Assembly (NCBI GenBank): GCA_965205265.1
Contig: CBDBGH010000003.1
Span: forward strand, 576,001-640,000
Source of the DNA: Alphaproteobacteria bacterium
GTDB lineage: Bacteria; Pseudomonadota; Alphaproteobacteria; Bin95
DNA: 64,000 bases
Direction: 5' to 3'
Shown: one piece after another, positions 53,172 to 62,973 of the stretch
Layout: each line of letters begins with the position of its first letter
How positions within the stretch are numbered: the stretch's first letter is position 1
Translations under genes and position numbers: made by a program
The notes under the pieces: model-generated
Told to the model about the DNA's origin: nothing
The model's database searches: none
What the model saw: the letters and a program-made list of their open reading frames with translations, nothing else

Positions 53172-53341
53172 CCGACGATCCGCGCGCAAAAGCCGCCGGC
53201 CTCGACCACCTGAAGGGCGAGGACAGGGCCGCTCTCGACGCCGGCACGAAGCTGGCCGACGAGCTGGCCGCCGCGCTGCCCCGCGACCACCATATGTATG
53301 AGGAGCCGGCGCTGACCTGGCGGCCGGAGCCCGGCCGGTGA
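53168..53341 (+). CDS. 57-aa protein coupled to the amidase gene (not in ORF track)
   Basis: TTGA overlap with the gshA stop and GTGA overlap with the amidase start; ends EEPALTWRPEPGR. Confidence 0.6.
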   Translation: MTDDPRAKAAGLDHLKGEDRAALDAGTKLADELAAALPRDHHMYEEPALTWRPEPGR

Positions 53342-54717
53342 CGGCGCTGCACTGGCTGACGCTCGCGGAGGCGGCGCGGGCGCTCCGCCGGCGGGAGCTT
53401 GGGGCGCTCGAATACACCGAGGCGCTGCTGGCGCGCATCGAGGCGGTCAACCCGAAGCTCGACGCCTTCGTCGCCCTGCTGGCGGACCGCGCCCGCGAGC
53501 GCGCCGCCGCGCTGGACGACGGCCCCGTGCGGGGCGCGCTGCATGGCGTGCCCTTCGGCCTCAAGGACATCATCGACGTGGCCGGCGTGCCGACCACGGC
53601 GCATTCGGCGGTGCTGAGGGACAATGTCGCGGCGAAGGACGCCGGCGTGACGCGCCGCCTGGAAGCGGCGGCGGGCGTGCTGCTCGGCAAGCTCTCGACG
53701 CATGAATTCGCCATTGGCGGCCCGAGCTTCGACCTGCCCTGGCCGCCGGCCCGCAACCCCTGGAACACGGACTGCCATCCGGGCGGCTCGTCCTCCGGGT
53801 CCGGGGCGGGCGTGGCGGCGGGGCTCTTCCCGCTGGCGCTCGGCACGGACACGGGCGGTTCGGTGCGCAACCCGGCGTCCTGCTGCGGCATTGTCGGCAT
53901 GAAGGCGACATACGGGCGGGTGAGCCGGGCGGGTGTGGTGCCGCTCTCCTGGTCGATGGACCATATCGGCCCGATGACCCGCACGGTCGGGGACAATGCG
54001 CTGGCGCTGGAAGTGCTGGCCGGTTTCGACCCGGACGATCCGGCAAGCGCCAACGAGCCGGTGCCCTCCTACACGGCCGGGCTGGAACGGGGCGTGAAGG
54101 GCATGAAGGTCGGCCATGTCCGCCGCTGGCACGAGGACGACATGCCGGCCGCGCCGGAGATGCGCGCCGCCATAGACGACGCGCTCCGCGTGCTGGAAGG
54201 CGAGGGCGCGGAGATCGTCGAGGTCGATCCCGGCCCGCTGCAGGACTATTCGCGGGTGAACCGCATCGTCCTCTGGGCGGAGGCCTGGTCGATCCACGAG
54301 CGCTGGCTGAAGGAGAAGCCCGAAGCCTATGGACGCTTCGGCCGCGAACGGCTGATCGCGGGCGCCTATCTCTCCGCCGGCGACTATCTCCGCGCGCTCA
54401 GGCAGCGGGGCCGCTGCACAGAGCGCATGTCGGAGGCGCTCGCCGGCGTGGATGTGCTGGTCTGCGCGTCCAGCATGGAGCCCGCCTGCGCCATCGAGGA
54501 CGAGGCGGAAGTGCTGCGCACCTATTCGCGCCAGGCGCGCCAGCCCTTCAATGTCACCGGCCATCCGGCGCTCGCCGTGCCGGCGGGCTTCTCTTCCGCC
54601 GGCATGCCGCTGTCGTTCCAGATTGCCGGCCGGAATTTCGACGAGGCCACGATCTACCGCGCCGCCCGCGCCTATGAGCGCGCAACCGGCTGGCCGGACC
54701 GCCATCCGGACCTCTGA
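53338..54717 (+). CDS. Amidase signature family protein
   Basis: GLKDI, GGSSSGS, GTDTGGSVRNPA. Confidence 0.93.
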   Translation: MTALHWLTLAEAARALRRRELGALEYTEALLARIEAVNPKLDAFVALLADRARERAAALDDGPVRGALHGVPFGLKDIIDVAGVPTTAHSAVLRDNVAAKDAGVTRRLEAAAGVLLGKLSTHEFAIGGPSFDLPWPPARNPWNTDCHPGGSSSGSGAGVAAGLFPLALGTDTGGSVRNPASCCGIVGMKATYGRVSRAGVVPLSWSMDHIGPMTRTVGDNALALEVLAGFDPDDPASANEPVPSYTAGLERGVKGMKVGHVRRWHEDDMPAAPEMRAAIDDALRVLEGEGAEIVEVDPGPLQDYSRVNRIVLWAEAWSIHERWLKEKPEAYGRFGRERLIAGAYLSAGDYLRALRQRGRCTERMSEALAGVDVLVCASSMEPACAIEDEAEVLRTYSRQARQPFNVTGHPALAVPAGFSSAGMPLSFQIAGRNFDEATIYRAARAYERATGWPDRHPDL

Positions 54718-54758
54718 CCCGGAAGGCGGGAGGGCGGCGCAAGAGGAGGGACGGACCC

Positions 54759-55364
54759 ATGGAGGCGCTGCTGGTTGTGGATGTGCAGAACGATTTCTGC
54801 ACGGGCGGGGCGCTCGCGGTGCCGGGCGGCGAGGCGGTCGTGCCCGGCATCAACCGGCTCTGGGACGGCTATGCCTGCAAGGTGCTGACCCAGGACTGGC
54901 ACCCGCCGGGCCATGCCTCCTTCGCCAGCAGCCATGAGGGCAAGCGGCCCTTCGATACCGGCCGGCTCGACTATGGCGAGCAGGTGCTCTGGCCGGACCA
55001 TTGCGTGCAGGGCACGCCCGGCGCGGCCTTCCATGCCGACCTGCGCACCGACGGCGCCGACCTCGTGCTGCGCAAGGGCTTCCGGCCGGGCATCGACAGC
55101 TATTCCGCCTTCTTCGAGAACGACCGCGAGACGCCGACCGGGCTCGCCGGCTATCTGCGCGAGCGCGGCGTCGGGCGGGTCGTGCTGACGGGCCTCGCAA
55201 CCGACTTCTGCGTCGGCTTCTCGGCGCTCGACGCGCTCGCCGCCGGCTTCGAGACCGTCGTGCTGGAAGACCTTTGCCGCGGCCTCGACATGGAGGGCTC
55301 GCTCGCCCGGATGCTGGACGATATACGCGCTGCCGGCGGGCGCATCGAACGCAGCCCTGCCTGA
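54759..55364 (+). CDS. pncA: Nicotinamidase/pyrazinamidase
   Basis: VDVQNDF, QDWHP, WPDHCVQG, DSYSAF, GLATDFCV. Confidence 0.93.
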   Translation: MEALLVVDVQNDFCTGGALAVPGGEAVVPGINRLWDGYACKVLTQDWHPPGHASFASSHEGKRPFDTGRLDYGEQVLWPDHCVQGTPGAAFHADLRTDGADLVLRKGFRPGIDSYSAFFENDRETPTGLAGYLRERGVGRVVLTGLATDFCVGFSALDALAAGFETVVLEDLCRGLDMEGSLARMLDDIRAAGGRIERSPA

Positions 55365-55431
55365 CGCATTGCCAAAGCCCGGCCGCATCCCAATCTGAAA
55401 GGGAGCGGAGGCGGGCGAAGCGGGAGGACAT

Positions 55432-56418
55432 ATGCGCGCGTTGATCGACCGGGGCGCGGGCTGGCTGACGACAGCGCGCGACCGTATCCGGATGCATGAC
55501 TGGCGCGGCTCCCGGCCCTGGCTCCGCTGGAGCCTCGTCGGCGTGGTGTCGTTCCTGCTGCTCTGGTACCCGGTCGGCATGGCGGTCTATACCCATATCG
55601 ACGACGATACGGGCTTCGAGCCGAGGCCGACCGCCTACGACGCCGGCGGCTCCAAGGCGGTGGCGACGGCGGCGGCCTTGGTCGAGCGGGAGATCGAACG
55701 CTGGGCGCCCAACAAGCCGTTCTGGCACCCGGCGGCGGCGCTCGACAACATGCCGAACTACCAGCTCGGCCTCATGTACGCCGTCTCGCGCTTCGCCATC
55801 GAGATGGGCGACCAGCTGGGCCGCACGCGCGGTTCGAGCGCCATCGACAAGGACCTCGACCGGGCCGCCGGCCTGCTGAAATACGACGGGCGCATCTGGT
55901 ATTGGGGCTCGGGCGGCCTGCTGCCCGTGGCCCCGGCGCAGCGGCAATACCAGAACGCCGCCGAGGCGCTCGCCCGCTACAATGAGCGCCTCGCCAACGG
56001 CGAGGCAACCTACGACCGTCGCGCCGACAACCTGATCGCCCTGCTCGACCGGGTGGGTGCGGACCTCGGCGCATCCAGCGCCGCGCTCGACAAGCGGGCT
56101 CTGGAGACCAATGCCGGCTGGTTCGACACCATCGCCGACGACCTGCTGTTCAACGTCAAGGGCCGGCTCTACGCCTATTACCTGCTGCTGCGCGACATCG
56201 GCACGGACTTCGACAAGGCCATCGCCGAGAAGCAAGCGAGCAAGATCTGGCAGCAGATGCTGGCGAGCCTCCGCCAGGGTGCGGAACTCTATCCGCTCCT
56301 GGTCTCCAACGGCTACGAGGACGGCTTCCTGATGCCCTCGCACCTCACCGCGCTAGGCTTCTACCTCCTCCGCGCCCGGACGCAGTTGAAGGAAGTGGCG
56401 GACGCGCTGTCGAAATAG
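55432..56418 (+). CDS. DUF2333-family protein
   Basis: N-terminal TM; LDNMPNYQLG, GRTRGSS.ID.DL, RADNL. Confidence 0.75.
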   Translation: MRALIDRGAGWLTTARDRIRMHDWRGSRPWLRWSLVGVVSFLLLWYPVGMAVYTHIDDDTGFEPRPTAYDAGGSKAVATAAALVEREIERWAPNKPFWHPAAALDNMPNYQLGLMYAVSRFAIEMGDQLGRTRGSSAIDKDLDRAAGLLKYDGRIWYWGSGGLLPVAPAQRQYQNAAEALARYNERLANGEATYDRRADNLIALLDRVGADLGASSAALDKRALETNAGWFDTIADDLLFNVKGRLYAYYLLLRDIGTDFDKAIAEKQASKIWQQMLASLRQGAELYPLLVSNGYEDGFLMPSHLTALGFYLLRARTQLKEVADALSK

Positions 56419-56425
56419 AGCCGTC

Positions 56426-57193
56426 CTACCGCGGCGCGAGCCTTATCGCGCCGTCGAGGCGGATGGTTTCGCCGTTCATGTAGTCGTTGCGGACGATCTC
56501 CATGACGAGGGAGGCGAATTCGCGGTCGCGGCCGGTGCGCTTCGGGAAGGGCACCTGCTTGCCGAGCAGGTCCAGGGTCGAGTCCGGCAGGCCGGCGAGC
56601 AGCGGCGTGTCCATGATGCCGGGGGCTATGGTGCACACGCGCACGCCCCAACTGGCGAGGTCGCGCGCCGCCGGCAGCGTCATGCCGACAATGCCGGCCT
56701 TGGCCGACGCATAGGCGATCTGGCCGATCTGGCCCTCGTAACCGGCGACCGAGGCGGTGTTGACGACCACGCCGCGCAGGCCCTCGCCGTCCGCCGGCTC
56801 CAGCTTCGCCATGTCCTCGGCCGCCTGCGAGAGCACGTTGAAGGAGCCGAAGAGGCAGATATCGACGATGCGCTTGTAGTTCTCGAACGGGATGCGCCGG
56901 CCGTTGCGGTCCACGATGCGCTGCGAGCCGCCGACGCCGGCGCAATTGATGCAGATGCGGGCGATGCCGTGCGCCTCCCGGGCCGTGGCGATGGCGGCGG
57001 CCACCCCCTCCTCGCTCGTCACGTCGCAGGGCACCGCGAGCGCGCCGAGCTCCGCCGCAGTCTCCTCCGCGAGCGCCGCATTGCGGTCGAGCAGCGCCAC
57101 CCGCGCGCCCGCTTCCGCAAGCGCCGCCGCCGTTGCGCGCCCGAGGCCGGACGCCCCGCCGGTCACCAGCGCCGCTTCTCCCCTTGCTTCCAT
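56426..57193 (-). CDS. SDR, 3-hydroxyacyl-CoA dehydrogenase type-2-like
   Basis: TGGASGLG, GQIGQIAYASAK, NGETIRLDGAIR. Confidence 0.9.
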   Translation of the reverse strand: MEARGEAALVTGGASGLGRATAAALAEAGARVALLDRNAALAEETAAELGALAVPCDVTSEEGVAAAIATAREAHGIARICINCAGVGGSQRIVDRNGRRIPFENYKRIVDICLFGSFNVLSQAAEDMAKLEPADGEGLRGVVVNTASVAGYEGQIGQIAYASAKAGIVGMTLPAARDLASWGVRVCTIAPGIMDTPLLAGLPDSTLDLLGKQVPFPKRTGRDREFASLVMEIVRNDYMNGETIRLDGAIRLAPR

Positions 57194-57304
57194 CGGTCCG
57201 CCCCTCCCGTGTCCGGATGCCGGGCGCACTCTGCCATAGCGGGCCCCGGCTTTCGACGCCCTTGATTTCCGCGCGCCCTCGTCCATTATGCGCCCCTGCC
57301 GCGC

Positions 57305-57380
57305 GGCCCCTTCGTCTAGCGGTCCAGGACGCCGGCCTCTCACGCCGGAAACACGGGTTCGAGTCCCGTAGGGGTCACCA
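57305..57380 (+). tRNA. tRNA-Glu (anticodon CTC)
   Basis: Acceptor stem GGCCCCT/AGGGGTC, anticodon arm CCGGC-CTCTCAC-GCCGG, GTTCGA T-loop, encoded CCA. Confidence 0.93.
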
Positions 57381-57458
57381 GAGCCGCCGGAAGCGGCTGC
57401 CGCGGAACGGCGTCCCTGAACATCGAAGGGCGGGCCGAAGCCCGCCCCCGAAGCGGCC

Positions 57459-58448
57459 CTATTTCAGGGCTTCGTCGGTGATCGCATGCGTCCAGGCGCC
57501 TTCCGGAGCCCTGGTGATCACCGGGTCCGAGCCGCCTTTCAGCAGCGTCTCGACGGTGCGCTCGTAATCGGCGGGGTTCAGCGCGCCGCTGCTGCCGGCG
57601 GTCAGCTTCGCGATCTCGCCCATCATGCGCTTCTGGTGCTTCTCGGTCTGGGCGCCGGTCGCGTCGTTCTCCAGCACGATCTCGGCGGCGGCGTCCGGGT
57701 TCGCCTCGGCCCATTTCCAGCCCTTCATCGAGGCGCGCACGAAGCGGACCATCCTGTCCTTGAACGCGGCGTCTTCGAGCGCGGATTCGAGCACGTAGAT
57801 GCCGTCCTCCAAGGTGGCGACGCCCTGGTCCTCATATTTGAAAACCACGAGGTCGTCGGCCGAGAGGCCGGCGTCGATGACCTGCCAGTATTCGTTGTAG
57901 GTCATGGTCGAGATGCAGGCGGCCTGGCCCTGCAGAATCGGATCGACGTTGAAGCCCTGCTTGAGCACGGTCACGCCTTCCGCGCTGCCGTCGGTCGGGA
58001 TGCCGAGCTGGCTCATCCAGGACAGGAAGGGGTATTCGTTGCCGAAGAACCAGACGCCGATGGTCTTGCCCCGGAAGTCCGCCGGCGTCTTGATGCCGGT
58101 GTCCTTGCGGCAGGTCAGCATCATGCCAGAGCGCTTGAAGGGCTGGGCGATGTTGACCAGCGGCAGGCCCTTCTCGCGGGTGGCGAGCGCCGAGGGCATC
58201 CAGTCGAGGATCACGTCGGCGCCGCCGCCGGCCAGCACCTGGGGAGGCGCGATGTCCGGGCCGCCGGCCTTGATTTCGACCTCCAGCCCTTCCTCGGCGT
58301 AGAAGCCCTTGTCGGCGGCCACGTAGTAGCCGGCGAACTGGGCCTGCGTGACCCACTTCAACTGGAGCGTGACCTTGTCGGCGGCCTGCGCAAGGCCGGC
58401 CGACAGGGCGAACATCGCCGCCGCTGCAAAGATTGCTGTCCTTCTCAT
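57459..58448 (-). CDS. ABC transporter substrate-binding protein (NMT1/THI5-like, likely pyrimidines)
   Basis: Signal peptide; LKWVTQAQFAGYY; operon context. Confidence 0.9.
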   Translation of the reverse strand: MRRTAIFAAAAMFALSAGLAQAADKVTLQLKWVTQAQFAGYYVAADKGFYAEEGLEVEIKAGGPDIAPPQVLAGGGADVILDWMPSALATREKGLPLVNIAQPFKRSGMMLTCRKDTGIKTPADFRGKTIGVWFFGNEYPFLSWMSQLGIPTDGSAEGVTVLKQGFNVDPILQGQAACISTMTYNEYWQVIDAGLSADDLVVFKYEDQGVATLEDGIYVLESALEDAAFKDRMVRFVRASMKGWKWAEANPDAAAEIVLENDATGAQTEKHQKRMMGEIAKLTAGSSGALNPADYERTVETLLKGGSDPVITRAPEGAWTHAITDEALK

Positions 58449-58484
58449 GTCGCTCTCCCTGGCAATGAAGCGTTGCGGTTGCCG

Positions 58485-59321
58485 CTATCCCCGGATCGAC
58501 GGATGCCAATGGGTGACCGTCCGCTCGACCAGCGTGACGCAACCATAGAATGCCGATCCCGCGAAGGCCGCAACTGCAATCTCGGCCCAGACCATGTCGA
58601 GCGCCATGCGGCCGATCTCGGTCGAGATGCGGAAGCCCATCCCCACAATCGGCGTCCCGAAAAATTCTGCAACGATGGCGCCGATCAGCGCAAGCGTGGT
58701 GCAGATCTTCAGCCCGTTGAAAATGAAGGGGCAGGCCGCGGGCAGGCGCAGCTTCCAGAGCGTCTGCCAGTAGCCCGCCGCATAGGTGCGCATCAGGTCC
58801 CGCTGCATGGGCTCGGCCATGCGCAGCCCCTCTATGGTGTTCACCAGCATCGGGAAGAAGCACATCACCACGACCACGGCGGCCTTGGACTGCCAGTCGA
58901 AGCCGAACCACATCACCATGATGGGCGCGATGCCGACGATGGGCAGGGCCGCGGCGAGATTGCCCATGGGCAGGAGGCCCCGTTGCAGGAACGGCGACCG
59001 GTCCACGGCGACCGCCATCAGGAACGCCGCCCCGCAGCCCATGACGTAGCCCGGCAGCACCGAGCGGATCACCGTCTGCACGAAATCCGCCCAGAGGACC
59101 GGCAGGTTGCCCGCGAACGCCCCGGAGATCGCGGAGGGCGCCGGCAGGATGACCGCCGGCACGTCCAGCCCGCGGACCAGCCCCTCCCAGATCGCCAGCA
59201 GCGAGATGCCGAAGACCGCGGGCACCAGCAGGCGCGTCGCCCGGCCCGTCCGCCGCACGAGCAGAATGTTGGCGGCCCAGCCCCCGAGCCATGCGGCAAT
59301 GGCGGCGAGAATCCAGCTCAT
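58485..59321 (-). CDS. ABC transporter permease
   Basis: LPAPS, APIMVMWFGF, KLRLPAA.P, IGAIVAEF. Confidence 0.9.
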   Translation of the reverse strand: MSWILAAIAAWLGGWAANILLVRRTGRATRLLVPAVFGISLLAIWEGLVRGLDVPAVILPAPSAISGAFAGNLPVLWADFVQTVIRSVLPGYVMGCGAAFLMAVAVDRSPFLQRGLLPMGNLAAALPIVGIAPIMVMWFGFDWQSKAAVVVVMCFFPMLVNTIEGLRMAEPMQRDLMRTYAAGYWQTLWKLRLPAACPFIFNGLKICTTLALIGAIVAEFFGTPIVGMGFRISTEIGRMALDMVWAEIAVAAFAGSAFYGCVTLVERTVTHWHPSIRG

Positions 59322-60181
59322 CGCGCCTGCCCCGTCCGGCCGAGCACCGCGCGCTGCGCCGCCCCGATGGCGCCCACCATCAGCGCCGCGCAGATCGCGG
59401 CGCCGAAGAGTGCCGACCAGATAATGAGCACCTGGCCGTAATAGCTGCCGTTCAGCATCCGCGCCCCGAAGCCGCCCTGGCTGCCGGTGGGCAGCTCCCC
59501 GATGATCGCGCCGACGAGCGCAATGGCGATGGCGACCTTCAGCGACGCGAAGAGATAGGGCAGCGAGGACGGCCAGCGCAGCTTCCAGAAAACCTGCCAG
59601 GCGGATGCATTGTAGGTGCGCATCAGGTCGAGCTGCATGTCGTCGGGCGCGCGCAGCCCCTTCACCATGCCGACCGCCACCGGGAAGAAGCTGAGATAGG
59701 CCGAGATCGCGGCCTTCGCGACGAGGCCGGAGATGCCGACATTGTAGAGCACCACGATAATCATCGGCGCGACCGCCAGAATGGGCACGGTCTGGCTGGA
59801 GATGACCCAGGGCATGACGGAGAGGTCCATCGCCCGGTTGTGGACGATCCCGACGGCCAGCAGGATTCCGAGGCCGACGCCCATGACGAAGCCCAGCAGG
59901 GTCGCCGACAGTGTGATCCAGCCGTGATAGACGAGGCTTCTCTTTGACGTGATGCGCTTTTCGACCGTGGTCTTCCAGATCTCCACGGCGACCTGGTGCG
60001 GCGCGGGCAGGACGGGGCGGTCCTGGGACATGGTGGCGGGGAGGATTTCCGCCCAGCCGATCTCGACGCCCGCGCGGGCGGCCTGGTCGCGTTCCCATTT
60101 GGCGTTCAGGAAAACGGCCCCGACATACCAGACGGCCACGATGGCCAGGCAGATCGCCGCGATGGGAACGATGCTGCGCAT
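59318..60181 (-). CDS. ABC transporter permease
   Basis: LPAPH, SQTVPILAVAP, KLRWP, GAIIGE. Confidence 0.9.
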   Translation of the reverse strand: MRSIVPIAAICLAIVAVWYVGAVFLNAKWERDQAARAGVEIGWAEILPATMSQDRPVLPAPHQVAVEIWKTTVEKRITSKRSLVYHGWITLSATLLGFVMGVGLGILLAVGIVHNRAMDLSVMPWVISSQTVPILAVAPMIIVVLYNVGISGLVAKAAISAYLSFFPVAVGMVKGLRAPDDMQLDLMRTYNASAWQVFWKLRWPSSLPYLFASLKVAIAIALVGAIIGELPTGSQGGFGARMLNGSYYGQVLIIWSALFGAAICAALMVGAIGAAQRAVLGRTGQAR

Positions 60182-60221
60182 CAGCCCCGCCGCGCTGCCG
60201 GCCGGAATGCCGCGCCGGCCG

Positions 60222-60584
60222 CATTGCTGTCCGGTTCAGCCATTGGGTGAGGCTGAACGGGAGTCCGCGGGGGGTTTCGGGGGCGCGCGGCGTCTGCGAT
60301 CCGCCCCTTGCCCGTGAGGCTCGAACGCCCCCTTTCGGCAGGCTCGGGGCAGGCTCTTTCGTCATGCCCGGACTTGTTCCGGGTATCCATACGGCCGCCC
60401 GGCGGAGCCGCTTGAGAGAGATACCCGGAACAAGTCCGGGCATGACGATATGGGGGTCGGGCATGACGACTTGGGGGCCGGGCCGCCGGGCGTCGATCCG
60501 GGTCCCGATCCCGCCGAACCCCTCGAAACCCGGTTGAATCCAGGCCATGCGCCCTGCCCGCAAATCCTGAACCGGACAGCAATG
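60222..60584. mobile_element. MITE B (IS4-like ends) containing a REP-like hairpin
   Basis: 18-bp TIR CATTGCTGTCCGGTTCAG; 9-bp TSD CGCCGGCCG (60213-60221, 60585-60593); hairpin at 60360-60447. Confidence 0.8.
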
Positions 60585-60598
60585 CGCCGGCCGCTGCC

Positions 60599-61387
60599 TC
60601 ACTCATCGTAGCTGTGCCCCGCGCGCAGGCCTTCGCGCACCCGCCCGGCCAGTTCCAGGAAGGTGGCGCTCTCGCGTATGTCGAGCGGACGCTCCGGCGG
60701 CAAGGTGCTGTCGATCACGTCGATGATGCGTCCCGGCCGCGGGCTCATCACCACGATCCTGGTGGAGAGGTAAACCGCTTCCGGGATCGAGTGGGTGACG
60801 AAGCAGACCGTCTTGCCCGTCCGCGCATGCAGCGCCAGCAATTGCTCGTTCAGGTGGTCGCGCACGATCTCGTCGAGCGCCCCGAAGGGCTCGTCCATCA
60901 GCAGCAGGTCCGCATCGAAGGCGAGCGCGCGCGCAATCGAGGCCCGTTGCTGCATGCCCCCCGAAAGCTGCCAGGGGAACATGCGCCCGAAATCGCCGAG
61001 GCCGACGAGGTCGAGGACGCGGCTCACCCGCTCCGCCCGTTCCTGCGCGGGGTAGCCCATGACCTCGAGCGGCAGGCGCACATTCTTTTCGATCGTGCGC
61101 CAGGGATAGAGCCCCGCCGCCTGGAACACATAGCCATAGGCCCGGTTCAGCCGCGCCTCCCTCGGCGTCATCCCGTTGACGGCGATGGCGCCGCCCGTCG
61201 GCTGCTCAAGGTCGGCGATCACGCGCAGCAATGTCGTCTTCCCGCAGCCCGACGGCCCGATGAAGCTGACGAACTCGCCGGGCGCCACCTCCAGATCGAC
61301 GTCGGACAGCGCGTGGACGGGCCCGTCATTGGTCTGGAAGACCAGGTCGAGCGCAGACGCGGCTATCGCTGCTTCCGTACGATTCAT
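60599..61387 (-). CDS. ABC transporter ATP-binding protein
   Basis: GPSGCGKT, LSGGMQQR, MDEPFGALD. Confidence 0.93.
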   Translation of the reverse strand: MNRTEAAIAASALDLVFQTNDGPVHALSDVDLEVAPGEFVSFIGPSGCGKTTLLRVIADLEQPTGGAIAVNGMTPREARLNRAYGYVFQAAGLYPWRTIEKNVRLPLEVMGYPAQERAERVSRVLDLVGLGDFGRMFPWQLSGGMQQRASIARALAFDADLLLMDEPFGALDEIVRDHLNEQLLALHARTGKTVCFVTHSIPEAVYLSTRIVVMSPRPGRIIDVIDSTLPPERPLDIRESATFLELAGRVREGLRAGHSYDE

Positions 61388-61448
61388 CGCAGAGCGCCGC
61401 CCCGGCTCAGGCGAAGCGCCGGGACGCGCGGCCTCGCGCCCGGCGGGC

Positions 61449-62909
61449 TCAAACCCCGCTCGGGATGTTCAGCGGGTCGCGCTGCACCTTGCGCGGCGCG
61501 GTCAGCTCCTTCCAGCGGGCGAGCGCCTCATGCACGGCGGGGAACGCCCGGCGCCGCACGAACCGCCCGCGGCCGGGGCGCGGCTGCGAGTTCTTGCCGT
61601 ATTCCCAGATCACCTCGCCGCGACTCAGCGTGTAGCGCGCCTGGGCCGACACCTCTATGCCCTCGAAGACGTTGTAGTCGATGATCGATTTCTGGGTGGT
61701 GGCGGAGATCGTCTTGCTGATCTTCGGGTCCCAGACCACGACATCGGCGTCCGCCCCTTCCACCAGCGCGCCCTTCTTCGGATAGACGTTGAGGATCTTG
61801 GCGATATTGGTGGAGGTGACGGCCACGAACTCGTTGGGCGTGAGGCGTCCGGTGTCGACGCCCTTGGTCCAGAGCACCGGCATCCGGTCCTCGAGCCCCC
61901 CGGTGCCGTTGGGGATCATCGGGAAGCCGGCCAGCCCCATGCGCTTCTGGCCCGTGGTGAAGGCGGCGTGGTCGGTCGCCACCACCTGCAGGGAGCCGGC
62001 CGCCAGCCCGTTCCAGAGCCCGTCCTGGTGGTCCTTGCCGCGGAAGGGCGGCGACATGACCCGCTGCGCGGCATAGTCCCAGTCCCGGTCGAAATATTCC
62101 GACTCGTCGAGTGTGAGATGCTGGATCAGCGGCTCGCCATAGACCCGCATGCCCTTCTGGCGCGCGCGCCGGATCGCCTCATGCGCCTGCTCGCAGGACA
62201 CATGCACGATGTAAAGCGGCACGCCCGCCGCATCGGCGATCATGATGGCGCGGTTCGCGGCCTCGCCCTCGACTTCCGGCGGGCGCGAATGGGCGTGCCC
62301 CTCGGGCCCGGTCATGCCCTGCTCCATGTATTTTTCCTGGAGCGCCGCCACGATGTCGCCGTTCTCGGCGTGGACGAGCGGCATGGCGCCGAGCGCCGCG
62401 CAGCGCCGGAAGGACGCGAACATCTCGTCGTCCTCGATCATCAGCGCGCCCTTGTAGGCCATGAAGTGCTTGAAGGTGTTGATGCCCCGCCTGACGACCT
62501 CTGCCATCTCGTCGTGGATCCGCTCGTTCCAGTCCACGATCGCGCAGTGATAGCCGATATCGACGCAGATCTGGTCCTTCGACTTGGCATCCCAGGAATC
62601 GACGGCGCTCAACAGCGAGCCGTCCTCGCCGGGCAGCACGAAATCGACCAGCATGGTGGTCCCGCCGGTCGCCGCCGCCCAGGTGCCGGACTCGAAGGTC
62701 TCGGCGGCGGTCGTGCCCATGAAGGGCATTTCCAGATGCGTGTGCGGGTCGATCCCGCCCGGGATGACATAGGCCTCCGAGGCATCGACGACCTCGTCGC
62801 CGCTCAGGTTCTCGCCGATGGCGGCGATCTTCTCGCCTTCGATCAGGACATCGGCCTTCCAGGTCCGGTCCGCGGTGAGAACCGTGCCGCCCTTGATGAC
62901 TTTGCTCAT
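61449..62909 (-). CDS. hydA: Dihydropyrimidinase
   Basis: PGGIDPHTH, FKHFMAYKG, VHAENG, VMSPP, ATDH. Confidence 0.93.
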   Translation of the reverse strand: MSKVIKGGTVLTADRTWKADVLIEGEKIAAIGENLSGDEVVDASEAYVIPGGIDPHTHLEMPFMGTTAAETFESGTWAAATGGTTMLVDFVLPGEDGSLLSAVDSWDAKSKDQICVDIGYHCAIVDWNERIHDEMAEVVRRGINTFKHFMAYKGALMIEDDEMFASFRRCAALGAMPLVHAENGDIVAALQEKYMEQGMTGPEGHAHSRPPEVEGEAANRAIMIADAAGVPLYIVHVSCEQAHEAIRRARQKGMRVYGEPLIQHLTLDESEYFDRDWDYAAQRVMSPPFRGKDHQDGLWNGLAAGSLQVVATDHAAFTTGQKRMGLAGFPMIPNGTGGLEDRMPVLWTKGVDTGRLTPNEFVAVTSTNIAKILNVYPKKGALVEGADADVVVWDPKISKTISATTQKSIIDYNVFEGIEVSAQARYTLSRGEVIWEYGKNSQPRPGRGRFVRRRAFPAVHEALARWKELTAPRKVQRDPLNIPSGV

Positions 62910-62973
62910 TCGAGGCCTCCGCTGCATCTCTTTGCCTGCGCGGGCCGATCCGGCCTGCCCGCAGCCGTCCGCC

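Noticed and set aside
57305-57460. tRNA-Glu as the island integration site
   Set aside because: No integrase or duplicated tRNA 3' end noticed; the flanks are core genes
60181-60606. 141-aa ORF between the ABC ATPase and permease
   Set aside because: Made almost entirely of MITE/REP sequence
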